A stretch of DNA of 34,921 nt from Candidatus Thalassarchaeum sp. (GTDB lineage: Archaea > Thermoplasmatota > Poseidoniia > Poseidoniales > Thalassarchaeaceae). The position numbers and the translations under genes are program-made. The notes beneath the pieces were generated by a model. It had not been told where the DNA came from. It was given only the letters and a program-made list of their open reading frames with translations, and did not search any database. Below are positions 33,425 to 34,921 of the stretch, piece after piece; within the stretch, counting starts at the first letter, position 1; the number at the start of each line of letters is the position of its first letter. The stretch lies in NCBI GenBank assembly GCA_022449845.1, contig JAKUOE010000003.1, positions 5,166 through 40,086 of the forward strand. Reading direction: 5' to 3'.

Positions 33425-34921
33425 AGCATCGCATCCAATTCTGATTCGCTGAGGACCTTCACGTCCAATCGGTTCGCTTTGTCCAATTTCGAACCAGCAT
33501 TCTCACCGGCCACAAGGAAATCCAACTTTCCAGACACGGTGGAGACGACCTTGCCACCCGATGCCTTGATTCTCAGTGCGATTTCTTTTCGAGGGCGGCT
33601 GAGAGTTCCCGTAATACAGAACGAGAGGTCGACAAGAGGTCCAGATGGAGCCGCTGTTTTTGCGACATCTGTGATGGTCAGAGTTTGACTGAAATCTTTG
33701 AGCATTTCAGAACGATCGACGATTCCAGACATCAACGAGAGTGCAACGGTTTCTCCGACACCCTCGATGGCAACCAAGCGCTCCAAATCATCGTCAGACA
33801 GGTTCAGAAGGGCGTCCATCGAACAAATCTCACCTGCGAAGGCTGTCGCGAGTTCTGGGCCAATACGAGGCAGACCCAGAGCCGAGAGGAAAGTGTCCAA
33901 TGCGACTTCACGAGTCTCATCCAATTGAGTCATGACATTGTTGGCTGATTTCTCGGCCATCCGTTCCAAATTCTGCAATTGTTCCGATGTTAATCGATAA
34001 AGGTCTGGAATCGTCTTGACGAGGTCGGCATCACACAATTGTTCAACGAGTTTCTCTCCGATTCCATCCATCTCTAGGGCACGACACCAGTACAGAATCG
34101 AACGGACCAAACGTGCAGGACATGAAAGATTGGAACATCGAAGGAAAGCGCCGTCGAGTCGCAGTTCTGTATCACATTCAGGACACGAATCCGGAATTTG
34201 GGGGGGACTTGAAGCGGGCAAATCGCCAATGAACGCTTCACCATCTGCATGGAAGCGCCCTGTCAAATCGCTGCTTTGGGCTGGACCCAATGTTTCGATT
34301 ATCTTGGGAATGACATCGCCACGTCGTACGATGCGGACCTTGTCGCCGATCGAGACGCCGAGTCGCCCCACTTCGCCGACGTTGTGTAAGGTGGTATTCT
34401 CGACCGTGACTCCACTGACCACCACAGGGGCAACGCGAGCGACAGGGGTCACTGCTCCTGTCCGTCCCGTTTGCCAATCGATGTCAAGCAATACCGTGGT
34501 CGCTTCTTCGGGTGGGAATTTCCAAGCGAGTGCCCAGCGTGGATGATGAGCAGTCTCCCCAAGCAGCGAACGTTTGGAGAGGTTGTCGAGTTTGAAGACC
34601 ACGCCATCAATTTCCCATGAAGCGGTGTCACGCGCCTGTGTCCAGCGTCTTGTTTCGGCTAACAGTGCTGCAGTCGTATCTTCATCCTCTTCACCTTTGA
34701 CGACCACCTCTTCTGCAGGGGTAATCCCCACCTCTCGCAGCCAAGCAATGGATTCGCTATCATTCTCAAATTGAAGCGCGGAAGGGCTGTCAGGGTGCTT
34801 CTCTTCGTCGGGAATGAAGAGAACGTCGTAAGCATGGAATGTGAGATCTGAAGCGTCTCCTTTCCCGGCCTCCACATTCTTCTGACGCAGGCTACCCGCA
34901 GCCAAATTTCGAGGGTTCGGG
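33415..34921 (-). CDS. ligA: NAD-dependent DNA ligase LigA; the N-terminal adenylation region is off-window
   Basis: The frame stays open to the window edge and reads ..PNPRNLAAGSLRQ. It has an OB domain, a Zn finger (CPECDTELRLDGAFLRCSNLSCPA), HhH repeats and a BRCT domain (FCITGTLSRPRKEIALRIKASGGKVVSTVSGKLDFLVAGENAGSKLDKA). It overlaps the PAC2 gene's 3' end by 10 nt. Confidence 0.9.
   Translation of the reverse strand, partial: PNPRNLAAGSLRQKNVEAGKGDASDLTFHAYDVLFIPDEEKHPDSPSALQFENDSESIAWLREVGITPAEEVVVKGEEDEDTTAALLAETRRWTQARDTASWEIDGVVFKLDNLSKRSLLGETAHHPRWALAWKFPPEEATTVLLDIDWQTGRTGAVTPVARVAPVVVSGVTVENTTLHNVGEVGRLGVSIGDKVRIVRRGDVIPKIIETLGPAQSSDLTGRFHADGEAFIGDLPASSPPQIPDSCPECDTELRLDGAFLRCSNLSCPARLVRSILYWCRALEMDGIGEKLVEQLCDADLVKTIPDLYRLTSEQLQNLERMAEKSANNVMTQLDETREVALDTFLSALGLPRIGPELATAFAGEICSMDALLNLSDDDLERLVAIEGVGETVALSLMSGIVDRSEMLKDFSQTLTITDVAKTAAPSGPLVDLSFCITGTLSRPRKEIALRIKASGGKVVSTVSGKLDFLVAGENAGSKLDKANRLDVKVLSESELDAMLQP

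Overview
This is a compact, gene-dense archaeal chromosomal segment. About 33 protein genes and one tRNA are packed almost end to end, and several convergent gene pairs overlap or abut at their stop codons. Archaeal hallmark genes are clear: MCM helicase, GatE, Trm1 and two PAC2-type proteasome-assembly-chaperone paralogs. They sit among housekeeping genes (purM, moaA, an NfuA-like Fe-S protein) and several large secreted or anchored surface proteins (FG-GAP, PKD, thrombospondin-type-3 and PQQ-like propeller domains). That mix suggests an uncultured planktonic euryarchaeote, but this is inference only. A bacterial-type NAD-dependent DNA ligase runs off the right edge. An ECF/ABC transporter gene that the ORF track misses runs off the left edge. 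I found no rRNA, CRISPR array, integrase or transposase. The observations most worth following up are: (1) a convergent HNH nuclease / beta-class DNA methyltransferase pair at 17.9-20.0 kb, a candidate restriction-modification or defence module with an atypical nuclease architecture; (2) an origin-recognition-box-like dyad plus G-string and a cluster of GGATTTCC repeats directly upstream of mcm; (3) a propeller/2-TM/transcobalamin-like (DUF4430) surface protein next to an EcfT domain that reads in frame into an ABC ATPase; (4) an orphan Cas4-like Fe-S nuclease with an uncharacterised C-terminal domain, lying near a DEDDh exonuclease and LigA. All functional calls rest on motif recognition by eye. 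No database search was run.
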